Shown one piece after another: positions 12,301-23,730 of a stretch of 49,111 nucleotides of DNA. A model generated the notes under the pieces. It did no database searches and was not told the DNA's origin. It saw nothing but the letters and a program-made list of their open reading frames with translations. Each line of letters begins with the position of its first letter. Within the stretch, counting starts at the first letter, position 1. Source of the stretch: Chromera velia (taxonomy: Eukaryota); assembly GCA_018398765.1 (NCBI GenBank), contig JAHBMJ010000390.1, positions 1 through 49,111 on the forward strand, in the 5' to 3' direction. A program made the translations under genes and the position numbers.

Positions 12301-14861
12301 GTAAACCTGCAGGTCGTCTTGGGAGGATTTGGATCGATCGAGTCGGTTTGGATTTGACGAGATCTGAAGTCCTGAAGTGGTACGCCCCTCTTCGGGACGC
12401 TCTCCCAAGGCCTCTGCCTCCTGCCTTGCTTCCTCCTGCGAAGACTCAAACGGGGGTGGCGGGGGGGACGGATGAGAGGACGAAGGGACGGGACAAGGGG
12501 AAGAAGCGGAAAAGGGGGGGGGACGTGGCAGAGGAGGGCGAAGAGGAGACAGCAGGTGCGGGTCATGAGAGAGAGAAGGATGAAAACACTGCAGGTGTTG
12601 TGAAAACAGAAGGAGTCCATTCCTCCTCCTGGGGGTTTCCATCCTCATCATCAAGTTCATCTTCCTCCCTTGGGGGTATGCGCTTTCCCTTTCCCACCGA
12701 GAAGGCCCTCCTCTCAATGCCCGATCCTTTCGCGGACTCGTTGGATTACCCCCATCCTTTCAATTCCGTCAGTCTGCCTGTCAGAGAGTATCTGAGGATT
12801 CTAGAAAGCGGGGAGCCAAAAGAGCCGTTTGGGAGGAACAACTTGCTTCTTGAATGTGTGGTTTGTTTGTCTCTCTCACATTTCGTTGTCTCGCCTTGCG
12901 TCGCATTTCTTCTCTACTTCCCCCCTTTCCCATCTACTCGCAAGAGCGCCACACGTTTCATCCGTTGTCGTTTCCCGTATGCACGAGTACGACCTTGTTG
13001 TTGCAAGCAGATCCAGCCGTCAACCCAGACGGGGGCCAGTGGAGAGAGGGACATGGGGGCCTGGATTGCTGGGAGCAGCTCTCCCTCTCCACACAACCAG
13101 ACACTGCAAGGGGGGGCCGCACAAAGAGAGAGGGAGCGTCTGGCTGTTGACAGATTCAAAGGGGTGATGGTGGAGGTCCCCCCTCAGGGAAGGCAGCCTG
13201 CAGGTCCGGGTATGCGCCTGGCGCCGTACCCAGATCCACCCGCCGCCGCCGCTGCTGCAGCCGCGGCGAGTGGAGCGGGAGGCCGAGATAGGGAACGGTC
13301 AACGAGGGAGAGGCAGAGACCAGACGGTAAAGGGGTGTGCCTCAGAATGCTGGAGACGGGAGAGACTGGTCTGATGGACTGGGCGGATGTAGGAGGCGCA
13401 CACAGGACGATGACACGGCAGGGAATCGCAAAGGTATTTATTGTCTTTCTTTCTTTCTTTCTCTCTGTCGCTCGTTCTTCCTCGTGTAACTCTTTCGTTC
13501 TCTATCTATGTGTTCATTCAGCTTTTGGGGAGGCAGCAGGGTGTAGCGTATGACTTCAGTGTGAGCGTGAAACCCGGTCGAGAGGTGTGGCGGCGAGGAG
13601 CGCTTCGCTCTACCCTTTCAGGGTCCCCAGGCCACATTGTTTCTCTCAGAGACCGTTTCTTTCTTTTGCCTTGTGTTCTTTCTTGCTTTCTTTGTCGTGT
13701 GCGCCAAAAATTGCCAGAGGGAAAAACAAACAGGCAGCCTGTGTGTCTGCTTGAAACGAAAGAGATAGGCAAAGAGAAAATTTCAAATTTGTCTGTCCGT
13801 CCGTCGTGCATGCCAGTATGTTCTCTCCTGTTGCTAAGAGTTGCCTTGATGGTGAAAATCGACTCGTTTTGGTCGTTGGCTCTGTGACTTGTGATCTTTC
13901 ACGGTCTCTCTGGTGTTCTTGTAAAGCTCAAGAAGACGTCTCCGAGCTTTGATGATTTTTTTTTTTCATTCTATCGGGAAGCCTTGGTTGTCGACACAGG
14001 CCGTGTGTCCGGTTTCGCGTGCGTCAAAGTAGAAGAGTCTCTGCTTTTTCTTTTCCCAGTCCTTTCCTACATTTGTCTTTCCCGCTCTCGCAGGCGATGC
14101 GAACATACGACCAGTCGATGGCGGTGGTGGTCGACTCTGATCTTGTTGTTGGTGGGCCTCTGAGCGCATCCGACGGGCGGAAGTCGTCCGATGGTAAGAC
14201 GGTCTGGAAGTACGCACTCACAACCGAGAAGGAGATGAGGAGCGCAGATAAATACACACAATCGGTGGTCAAAGACCTCCGACACGCCTTCAACCATTTC
14301 AAATGGGTAAGTAAATAGGAGGAGTTGGCTTGTTCGTTGGCTGGCTGGTTGGTTGGTTGGTGACTCTTCTCCCGTCTGCTTGCTTGGGTTATGGTTTGCC
14401 TGTCTGTCTGACCTCTCGGCTTCCTTTCGCACCTCATGCGATTCCCTTCATTCGTACCTGTTCGCCCATCCTTTCGACTGACTGAGCCCCCATACCCCCT
14501 GGGGTGGCACCCAAATTCGAAATGAAGTCCCCGTCCTGCTTGATCCCTTTCTGTGTTTCTTTCTGCTGGACGAATGTTCATTCCCTCCCTCTCTGTTTCT
14601 CCCGTCACCTCCCTTTCTGCCTGCAAATCCACTGGAGCCATTCAGTCCCTCGGTGCGGCGATGCCCAAAGGCTCCAAGTGCCCCGCGAATCTTCCGCCTC
14701 CCTACCGACCCCCTTCTGACGATATCCCGATGGAGGTCATCCCTGCTCCCCCCCCTATGCCTCTGGGTCTGGGTATGGATGAACAGATGGTGGACTCGGC
14801 AGCAGTGTCGGAGGCAGAGAAGATGGTCATGGCGGGCTCTTGGGGGAACAAGGGAGGCTAG
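6538..14861 (+). CDS. Enhancer of polycomb-like protein (EPC/Epl1, NuA4 HAT subunit) with long C-terminal extension, multi-exon
   Basis: Frame-consistent exons 6538-6621, 6774-6891, 7141-7219, 7504-7639, 8785-8919, 9210-9293; several later exons are less certain. The translation gives IRQRKID..LEI (EPC N-terminal RxRKI/L motif), YNIQKEDVDFL..LSEDAFIFMINTWE..VYEYWKRRR..RPLLR (EPL1 core) and VGRVRIG|RLGRIWIDR (EPC RVGRGGR-x-x-x-DR motif, spliced 11742/12313). Stop at 14859-14861. Confidence 0.8.
7918..8068. repeat. Intronic microsatellites (ATCT)n, (TGTC)n, (CA)n
   Basis: Directly visible tandem repeats in intron 7640-8784. Confidence 0.9.
8461..8660. repeat. Degenerate intronic minisatellite with core ATATAGTCTGTCTG
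   Basis: Core at 8475, 8527, 8574 and 8628 (spacing 52, 47, 54 bp), separated by GA-rich linkers. Confidence 0.8.
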
Positions 14862-15420
14862 AAATTCAAATCACCCACCGCCCCTTCTGCACGGTTGTTT
14901 GGCTTCTCTCTGGGTGTCATTCCAGTGTAACAATCCCACAGTGTTTCTTGCTCCATTCATGGATGCTTTAGCCTCGATAGTTGCTGCGGGCCTGGGCTCC
15001 GTATGGATTACCATGTGCAGGCTGCTTTCAGTGAATTAACAAAAGCCAACCTGCAATGGTTGACTGTCTCCACAAGTTCTGCCTGTGGAGTAGCGGACAT
15101 GCCGCATACTGTGACAAATTAAACACTGACAATCTATGATATATATCTGGCTCTTTGCAAATATCATAAAATCGTCATCGTCGTCATCATTGTAGCCTAA
15201 GACCTATACGGTCTAATATAGGGGTAGAATATAGGCTATTGACTATAAGAGCCTGAGATAGCCTGAGACGTGGTTGAGACGTGTATCTCATGGCTATAAC
15301 TTAGTAACTAATAGTAAGTGTAAACACATGTCTTCAATAGTATGTGTCTTAATTTTTGTCTAGATTACTGTTTAGGCTATACTGTCAGGCTAGCTGTCAG
15401 CTAGGCTGTCAGGTTCTCTC

Positions 15421-17500
15421 ATGATGAGGTGACTTAACCCGCCAGCCATCGTATCCCAATGGCAAAGGGCAGTCTGTGAGCATTCATGTCATATTGCAAG
15501 CTAGGAGCACGCTAGCGAATGCTCACCTAAAGCGGCCGAACTTTAGGACTACTAGCTAGCAGAACACTGCTCCCCAGGATCGATCAGTCCGGTCTTAGGC
15601 ATGCAGCAATGAGGGCACTGGCCTTTTGGGCGTCCTTCTGAAGAAGAAGCGAGAAGTACCGCCTTATACGCTCCTCAGCCTGCCCCACCCCCCCACCCCC
15701 TCGGGCTTCCTGTCTCTCTCCATGCTTACACACTTCTTCTATCGACATACGCTCCAGTCACCTATACTAGAGATCACTCAGTCTCCCCCGCGGCCCCTCC
15801 GTTCGGACACAAGTTGTCAGACGGTGAATTGGATCGTCAATCAATTTCTCCCAACTTTTCTCTTCACAGACTTTGCAAATTGATTCAACCCTGAGAACCC
15901 TCCCCCCATGGTTTGCCCCCCCTCTAACAATGGCACATAACAAAGGGCGGAAAACTGCCCCAGGGGAAGACAAGAACTACTTGGGGAGAGGTTCCGCCGA
16001 GGCAGACCATAAGCCCCCCCTCCCTTCCATCAAGCTTCCGAGAACCAATTTTGCAAAACGTTGGCTGCTACTATTCTCCTTCTGATATTCAGTCAGGCAA
16101 GCAAACGGAAGAAAAGACACACTCCTATACATTCCTTATCTCCCCTGCCTCCCCTCTCTCCTTTCTATAATGGAGACCGGGTTTACCCAGTCCTTCATCT
16201 ATTCGTTCACCTCTCTGTTTCTCGCTCCCCTTCTCAGCTTGCTATCTGATGTTCTGAAATTGACCTCATCAGGTTCACCTTTAAGAAGGGCAGGACTGAC
16301 GGGTTGCACAAGCTTCTTTGCAGACCCCGACCACGCCTTTAACTCCCCTCTCCTGTGGCATGCTCACAATGCTTAAGGCAAAGCCAATCGAGCAAGGGAG
16401 AGACTTCTCAAATACCCCCCCACTCTGATACTAAGAATCTCTCTCATGGGCCTCAGCCCAACGGCTACAAGGGTGGGAAATATAAAAGAATTCCAAGGCA
16501 GACGGAGAGACCAACGCATAAAACGAAGCTGGAGGGAGTCTAAGCATCGGATGTCAGATTTTTGAATGGGGAGAGCTTCAAGGGAATAGGTGGCGACGGG
16601 CTCCCACATCCCCTTGAAAAGGGATATGCGACTATGGGGGGAGAGCATACCTATTGATACACACAGACCCATAGCCCCTCCAGCTCCCCTTTCTATGGCT
16701 TCAAGTCTGGCGGTCACAGACTTACGGGGGTTTGCATCAGAAAAAACCTGATAGCCAAGATATCTGTTACAGTAACTCTTTACCCACTCGACCGTCCGAC
16801 CCTTGAAACGAATTTTATCTATCTCCCCTCTACCTGCCAATCTTATCACCTTTGTCTTCTTCAGATTCACCGTCAACCCCCACTTGTCACAATAGGTAGC
16901 CAACCGATCAATCCTCTTCTGGAGGTTTTGGGGGGAGTGTCCGAAGATGACAAGGTTATCGGCATATCCCATGCTCTCCAGCAGTAGGTCTCCTAATCTC
17001 ACTTCTGTCGGGGGTCTGTCTGGGGGGGAGGAGTTTAAGGCTCTGGGCTGAGCCTCTAACTCCCCCCTCCATCAGGCGCTCGCTTCCTCAAGAAGGTTTG
17101 CTCGTTCCTCTTGCCGGAGCTCCCTGTATTAAAGGCTAATGGAGGTATGGATATTATTGATAAAGAGAAGAAAGAGAAGAGGAGAGAGTAGGTCCCCTTG
17201 CTTGACTCCTGTTCCTTCCTCAAACATATTGTCCGAGCCCTCAATCTTCCCCATTACTTTGACATACATCGCATGAATTATTCGAATGTCCCCCTCCTCC
17301 AGCCCTTCTTCTTTAAGCCTCTCTATCAGTTTTTTCCTGTCTACTTTATCAAACGCCTTACTAAAGTCCACAAAGGAAGCAAACAACGGTCTCTTCTTGT
17401 TTCTTGCAGTTTCGGATAAAGCAAACAAAACATGAATCGCCTCTCTAGTTCTGACCTCTTTCCTGAAACCTATCTGTCTGTCATCGATCCTCGTTCTCAG
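15421..17500 (-). mobile_element. 5'-truncated, decayed non-LTR retrotransposon (LINE), copy 1
   Basis: RT motifs FVDFSKAFDKVDR, GVKQGDLLSPLLF, YADN, VNLKKTK and YLG lie in one frame broken by nonsense codons. C-terminal CKVC..H(R)LTTC. 3' UTR is shared with copy 2. Short degenerate (CAT)n tail at 15421-15428. Confidence 0.93.
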
Positions 17501-18347
17501 CCCAGACTGCCCAGTTTACAACAATCTTTTAAAATCTCATAAACATGCATGATTAGATATGAATCATATATAATCAAAGTTAATAAAATTATACTTAGAT
17601 TTTGTTTCATTAGCACAGTCTAGCAGGTATGACTGAGGTGTCGGTTTTAGTTTCGGTTTTAGTTGGCTTACAAAAACCAAAGTAAGTCTAATTTAAATCA
17701 AAACCGAGAACCAATTAAAACATCTTATTCAAAAATAAAAAAACATCTATAGCTACTCTAGTTTTATTAATTTTGCATAATTTCAATAATTATTTTCTGG
17801 CCACGTCGATCATATAGTCCTCAGTGACTCCTCATCATATGCTAATAGATCATATGTAATCATAATATGCTATCATTGGTCTGACGTAGCTAGATTTTGT
17901 CCTAAACAGAATGTTTGTCAGTTTGTATCAGTTTGTGTTCACTGTTCAATTTCTTTTCACATCTTTTGAGTATGAAATTAAGGGCCATTGCCCCCCGGAC
18001 CAACGATTACCTGATTGATCTAGTGATTGAATGTTGTGGGGACAGACGCAATTAATTGAGGGAGAGCGCGGGAACGAACGCTCAGCATGACGTTTCAGCC
18101 TTAACTTTCAGAGTATTTCGATCAGGCAAAAAGGTTCAGATTGTTTGCACGTCTTTCAGTTCCACCTGCATGCATGGCGCATCACTGGTGGCTTTCGAAG
18201 GGATACAGGCTGACTGAGTTGAACAAAGTTGCAGTGAAAGCCCTCTCACTGCACTTCTTTGAAGTTGTTTTTTCTTTGGCTGTCTCGTATTTCAGTCTTT
18301 GCTGTCTGCTGAGAGAATCGATTTGAGCAACAACAATTGATCCTCCT

Positions 18348-19289
18348 TCAGCCCTCCCAGGGTTCCAGGAGCTGCCCTATGAAAGCAAGCTCCTCGTCGG
18401 CCGTTTCAAGCTCTCTTGCTTTTCCAAGTATGGCGACGTTTGCTTGAACCCGCTTGTCCGATGGAAAGAGCGTGCCATCTGCTCTCCCACTGCTGGACGT
18501 CTGGATGGTAAACATCAACGCATTTGAGTGGTTTTTACCAAACAGAAAGGCAAAGGACGTAAGAAGCTTCAGAACGTCGCCGCTGCTTCTGCAGGGTGCT
18601 TCTTTTCCCCCGACTGGCGCATGCGCCCTCTCCCAGTCGATCAATTTGGCTGTTGTCGCACATTGATTGACAAATAGGTTATACGGTTGGGTGTCACAAT
18701 GATGCCATTTGTGCTCCTTCAATGCTTTGATGGCGCGCAGAATGGAAACCCAATTTTTTGCAGCCACCGCAAAATCAATATCTTGACTCTTCGTAAAGTC
18801 GCCCCCACCTCCCGCGAGGTGCCCCACAGTCTGCCACTGGCTCACACAGTCCCCTATTGTTTCCTCACCCAGTAACTCCATCACAAGACGACCGTCTTTT
18901 GAGCCCGACACAACACCCTTTTCGTGAAACACTGGGGTTAAATTGTTGCCCCAAGGCGCATTGCTGACGGCCTGCATCGACTCGGCCTCCTGATCGACTT
19001 TGCTTTTTGTGTCCAGTTTGATGACCACTTTTTTACTGGTCCCTGCGATCACCGCTTCAGCAACAAACACGTCCCCCTGTGCACCCCCACCAAGTTGTTT
19101 GAGGACATGACACCCTTCCAAGCCTTCGCATGCCGAAGTGGCTGTGGTGGATCCCGTCTCCTTCTTCTGCGTTCTCTTTTTTGTAGTTAAGACTCCAAGT
19201 CTCTTCGACAACGAGAGTCCATTTCCTGTCGGGAAAAGCAGAAAAGAGACCAAAAAACAAGGAACGAGCAAGATAGATTTTGAGATCAT
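18348..19289 (-). CDS. Intronless protein kinase with N-terminal signal peptide (predicted secretory pathway)
   Basis: Hydrophobic leader MISKSILLVPCFLVSFLLFPTGNG. Gly loop LGGGAQGDV, VVIK, alphaC Glu (DQEA), LVMELLG, catalytic loop HCDTQPYN, and DWE in place of DFG. Confidence 0.85.
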   Translation of the reverse strand: MISKSILLVPCFLVSFLLFPTGNGLSLSKRLGVLTTKKRTQKKETGSTTATSACEGLEGCHVLKQLGGGAQGDVFVAEAVIAGTSKKVVIKLDTKSKVDQEAESMQAVSNAPWGNNLTPVFHEKGVVSGSKDGRLVMELLGEETIGDCVSQWQTVGHLAGGGGDFTKSQDIDFAVAAKNWVSILRAIKALKEHKWHHCDTQPYNLFVNQCATTAKLIDWERAHAPVGGKEAPCRSSGDVLKLLTSFAFLFGKNHSNALMFTIQTSSSGRADGTLFPSDKRVQANVAILGKARELETADEELAFIGQLLEPWEG

Positions 19290-19534
19290 TTCAACCGGTT
19301 CCCTTGCCAGGCTCTACAAGGTGATTTGTTTTGTTGCGTGAAGTTTTTCTGTTGATCTGATAACTCTGTTGTTCTTTCCTTTCGGTATTGCCTCCTGTGC
19401 CTGCGTCCGAAGACAGCGACTGAAATGCCACTGATATATAGACACCTAGAGGATCAAAGCACATGGGAAGGAGCTGGAAGTCTCTCTTCAGGATCGATTC
19501 GAGATTCGATGGATCGGTCATATATATTTGTCAG

Positions 19535-19730
19535 ACTGCATGCATGCATGCAATGATGCAGAAAAATTTATTATAAATCGATCGACATGCATGCAGGCCT
19601 TGAAAGCCTTTTTCAATTAAGGCTAGAAAATTAAGAAAATGAGTGCATGTCGCGCGCATTGCGCGCTCTTTTAATTGAGTCAATTAAGATCCTGCTCCAC
19701 AAAATTCTGGGGCAAGCCGTCTCCTCTGAG
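19535..19730. promoter_or_regulatory. Likely divergent promoter with TGCATGCA and GCGCGC clusters
   Basis: Lies between the head-to-head kinase (ATG 19289) and membrane-protein (ATG 20079) genes. Contains TGCATGCATGCATGCA, CATGCATGCA, CGCGCGC and GCCGTCTCC. Confidence 0.45.
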
Positions 19731-20078
19731 GCTGAGATCTATGGGCTTTTCTAGACGCTGGAATTTCGATCAAATTGGCCGCTCATTGCCACAAGAGCGT
19801 CGTGCTGAGGGACTGCGAGTACCTCAGGTGGCTAGCTCGACGACGGCCTTGTCAGTGAGGCTGCAGGAACGTACACGGCACGCGCACGATCAAACTCTCA
19901 CCCGTAACCGTCTCGCAAGCTCTGAGAATCTTCAAGGCCCCTGAAAACGTACTTTCCTGCCAACAGTGTGTGCTTATGAACATCGCCGAGCGGTGACAGA
20001 TACGGAGGTGCACTTGCTGTCTCTGTTAGTGGTTGTGCCTGTCTCAAGTGAGGAAATAGAAAACGGAGAAGAGAAAAA

Positions 20079-21384
20079 ATGTCTGAAGACGGCCTCCTGT
20101 CGATGGTTGCTGAGAACTTGAGAAATTCTCAGGCAGAAGAAAACGTTTCGTTTTTGTCTACAATCAGCTTTGTGGTGCTGCTCTTGCTGGAGACGCCTTT
20201 ACTTCTGCTAACTGCTCGGAAGTAAGTGAGGGGAGGAGGGGAAATGCAAAAACATTTTTTTACTGTTTGCCAATGAGACAATTGAAAGTGTGCCTTTGTG
20301 TGTATCTGCAGGTGTGCAAGGTCCCGTCTCTACATTGATGGCGTGGTTGCGATTTTCGTGTTGGTGTCTGGGGTGATGGCTCAGGGTGTGCTGGTTTTTG
20401 GTTTCGATTATTTGGGGGCACTTCGTGACTGGGTGAGGACAGAGCACATCTTCCTTCAGGCAGGGCTTTTCCTGATTTTGGTGAATTTTTGTCAGTTCGA
20501 ACTGGAGACACCGGACTCCATCTGCAGAGGGCTTTCTGTGTGCCTCTCTGCTCTTCTTCACTCTGTCGACCCCTTGGGAGTCTGGAGCTCCACTCTTCCT
20601 GCTGCCATTGCTCTCCTCTGTACAGTGGCGTTCCTTGGAATGAAGGGAAGGAAGCCCCAGTACGTGCAGAAACACCTGCCTTACGTTGTGGTCTTCGGTG
20701 TTTTGGCTGGTGTCTTTTACTGGCTGTCTCTCGATGAGCGCTGGTCCCCCACGTCGCCTCTCTTCTCCGCCCTCACACGCGTGGGGCTGGCAGCGGCAGC
20801 GCACCAAGCAGTGGCGGCAACGACCCCGAGTGCGCTGATTCTCCGCAGACAGCGACTGCAGCGTCGGGACGCAGGGCTGGGGGCAGGCGGGGATGGGGGG
20901 AGGGAGAGAGACCTCGAGGGAGGGGGGGGCGTACCTCTGGGTGCCGTAGGAGGGACAAAGAAGGCAGACGATCCGAGGGTGTCGCAACAGGTCAGTGGAG
21001 TGCAGGGGATTCAGACAGAAAGGAAAGAGGATGGGCAACATTCTGTGATCGAAGGAAATGAGAGAGGGTGGAAGGCAACCGAACATGGGATGGATTGCAG
21101 CTCCATGGGGGCTGGGAAGCTTCGAGAGAGAACCTTTGTTTCATTGTTTCTTTTCTTTTTCTTCTTTCTTTCTTTCTTTCTTTCTTTCTTTTCTTTCTTT
21201 CTTTCCTTCTTTCTTTCTTGCTTGTTTTCATTCCTTCCTTTCTTTCTTCCTTGTTCTTTTCTTTCTTTCTTTCTTTCTTTCCTTCCTTCCTTCCTTCCTT
21301 CCTTCCTTTCTTTCTTCCTTCCTTCCTTCCTTCCTTCCTTAAAACTTTCTTTCTTTCTTTCTTTCTTTGTTTCGTTCTTTCGTT

Positions 21385-21416
<32 letters not shown>

Positions 21417-21433
21417 TCGTTCTTTCTTTCGTT

Positions 21434-21464
<31 letters not shown>

Positions 21465-22558
21465 CGCTTGCTTGCTTGCTCTCTGCCTGCCTGCCTGCCT
21501 GCCTGTCTGTCTTTCTTCCTTCCTTCCTTCCTTCTCCGATTCATACATTCATTCATTCATTCATTCATTCCGTCCTCCCCTCCCTCGCTCCCTTGCTATC
21601 CTTCTCCATGTTCACACAGCTCTTCATAGCTTCCTTCCTTCTTTCTCCGTTTCCTTCGATACTTCTTTCTTCTTTATTTTGTTCTTTCTTTCCTTTTCCT
21701 TTGCCTTTTCCTTCTACCCCTTCAGCCCCCCCACCCACCCTTTTCTGTCTGCCTTTCGGCCTTCCCGGCTTTCTCCTTGCATCTGTCCCTCCCTCCGTTC
21801 AATTTGAACCTTTCTTTCTATGTACGTGTTCGTGCAAGCAAGTTGCGGGTCGCGAATGGGACTTGAGAGAGTGCGTGAGAGAAAATTCTGTACGCAGAGG
21901 CGCGGGTATCCTTCCACACCCTTTTATCTCAGAAGTTCTGACTCTCCTTTTTGTGTCGCTGTCTGTTTAGAATATATTGTAAGACGGAATGAAAACAGGA
22001 GTCACACACCCTGTGCACCTCTCCATCTATTTATCTATGTATTTATGCATCTGCCTGCCTGTCTGTCTGTTATGAATGCAGCTCCGATCTGCCGTCGAGA
22101 TGCACGAGAAGCTGATGGGCATGAACCTGGGCGGACCCCCCCCCCAATTCCCACCAGCACCCTCGAACGGTGGACCTCCGGGCGCTCCTGGCGGCCCCCC
22201 GGCCATGAATCCTTTCGGGGTCCCCCCGCAGCAGTACAGCTCGGCGCCCTTCTCCCACTCCCCCCCGGGCGGAGACTCTCAGTACCCAGCTGGGGGGGGA
22301 GAGCAGGTCCAGGTGATGGCGTCAGGAAGCAGACCGATCGGGGGAGGGGCGACGCACCACCAGCGACACGGGCATGGTGGCCCCCCGCCAGCGTGGCACG
22401 CGTCCTTCTCCCCAAACAGTCAGCAACAACAGCAAGGGGCATCTCCGGGATCAGGCGGTGGGGGGGGAGGGAGTGGGGTGCCTGGAGGGGGTGCTGGAGG
22501 AGTTATTCAGGGCGCGATGTCGATGTACACAAAAAAAGGGAAGAGTCATGTCGTTTGA
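20079..22558 (+). CDS. Hypothetical multi-pass membrane protein with Pro/Gly/Gln-rich C-terminal tail, 3 exons
   Basis: Frame-consistent exons 20079-20221, 20312-20990 and 22082-22558. Several hydrophobic helices in exons 1-2; low-complexity exon 3. No family recognised. Confidence 0.7.
21148..21570. repeat. Long polypyrimidine microsatellite tract (TTTC)n/(TTCC)n/(CCTG)n/(TTCA)n in an intron
   Basis: Directly visible, about 420 bp inside intron 20991-22081. Confidence 0.95.
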
Positions 22559-22992
22559 TCTACAGCCGAAAATCGGTCGAGGCAAGCTAGTTCCATGCCA
22601 AGTTGACAAATTTAAGATCATTAAAGTCGTTTTATGATTTAATACTACTAGTAATGGATAACAAAGCGATGATCACGAGTTTTCAAGATTACCTTTCTAG
22701 TTACCTTTTAAGAATTTTAAATTTATTTTTTAAATTTTACAACCGTTAAGAAATAAATTTTTAAACTTGTAATGTTTTAAGTCTTTGTAGAAAGCACTGG
22801 AAGCGGGCGGGTAGGGCTACTTCTTATATGCTAGGCTATGCAATGGGACAAACTGAGGGTTAAACTCAGTGAAGACTGGAGTGAGGAATAATTGCCACTT
22901 GATTGTATTAATTGAGCTTAGCTTAAATTGGCATGTCTTTCGCACACTTTAAATTTTTTAAATACTTTTTTTTTACATTAGAAAGTTTTCAC

Positions 22993-23510
22993 TACACTGT
23001 GCTGTTAGGAGTAACTACCGGCCCTTCTCAGAAAGCTTTTGGTTACCATCAAATTGGTAACCAAAACTTGGTAACGAGGGGGGTCTGAGGGGATTACCAC
23101 TACCGCGGTAATCTGGCTGTATCTGCCCACAAATGTGTTGCATCGAGATCTAATATAGGAGAAACGCATCTTTAAAAACTGTGTACGAGTACAGTACGAT
23201 GTAAAAAAGATTATTTTTAAACTTTTTTTGTCTAAGTTCTTTCTATAATATCAAGAACCTGACTTTAACTTACATATACTTACACATATTTCTAGACATA
23301 AGAGAACTTTACAATAAATCTATCTTTGGTACTCGATTTACCCACTAATTTGTTTTGCTCAAAAGAACGATTACCACTGTTTTGGTTACCGAAACAACGG
23401 TAATCAATGTGACTCTACAGGATTACCGTAACCATGAAAATGGTTACCGAGCGGCCTAACAGCCACCTTGGTAACCAAACTAAGTTGGTTACTCCTAACA
23501 GCACAGCGTA
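22993..23510. mobile_element. hAT-like MITE (518 bp)
   Basis: TIR TACACTGTGCTGTTAGGAGTAAC versus the right-end reverse complement TACGCTGTGCTGTTAGGAGTAAC (22/23). Perfect 8-bp TSD GTTTTCAC at 22985-22992 and 23511-23518. Many subterminal GGTAAC/GTTACC repeats. Confidence 0.92.
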
Positions 23511-23730
23511 GTTTTCACATAGCTTTCAGAAAAAAATCTTTTACATAGGCAATAACATAGCCAATTTCTGCTTTGCAAGGACTTAGCTAGCGACTTAGGA
23601 TCAGCAGGATTTAATAGGATTTATATTTTAGGTTCCCCCGCGGTCCACTGACAGTGTGGCATCCTACTAGGCGTGGACTTTAATTAGTTTAGTTCTTTAG
23701 TTAGTTTATATTTCTTCCAAAAACTAAACT

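Noticed and set aside
17129..17131. Stop at the same RT codon in both LINE copies as evidence for programmed readthrough or a recoded genetic code
   Set aside because: Host genes terminate normally at TAA, TAG and TGA, and both copies have several other stops; C>T decay of a Gln codon is simpler.
21011..21970. Long K/E/R-rich and F/L/S-rich ORFs (181-443 aa)
   Set aside because: These are translations of intronic (TTTC)n microsatellite.
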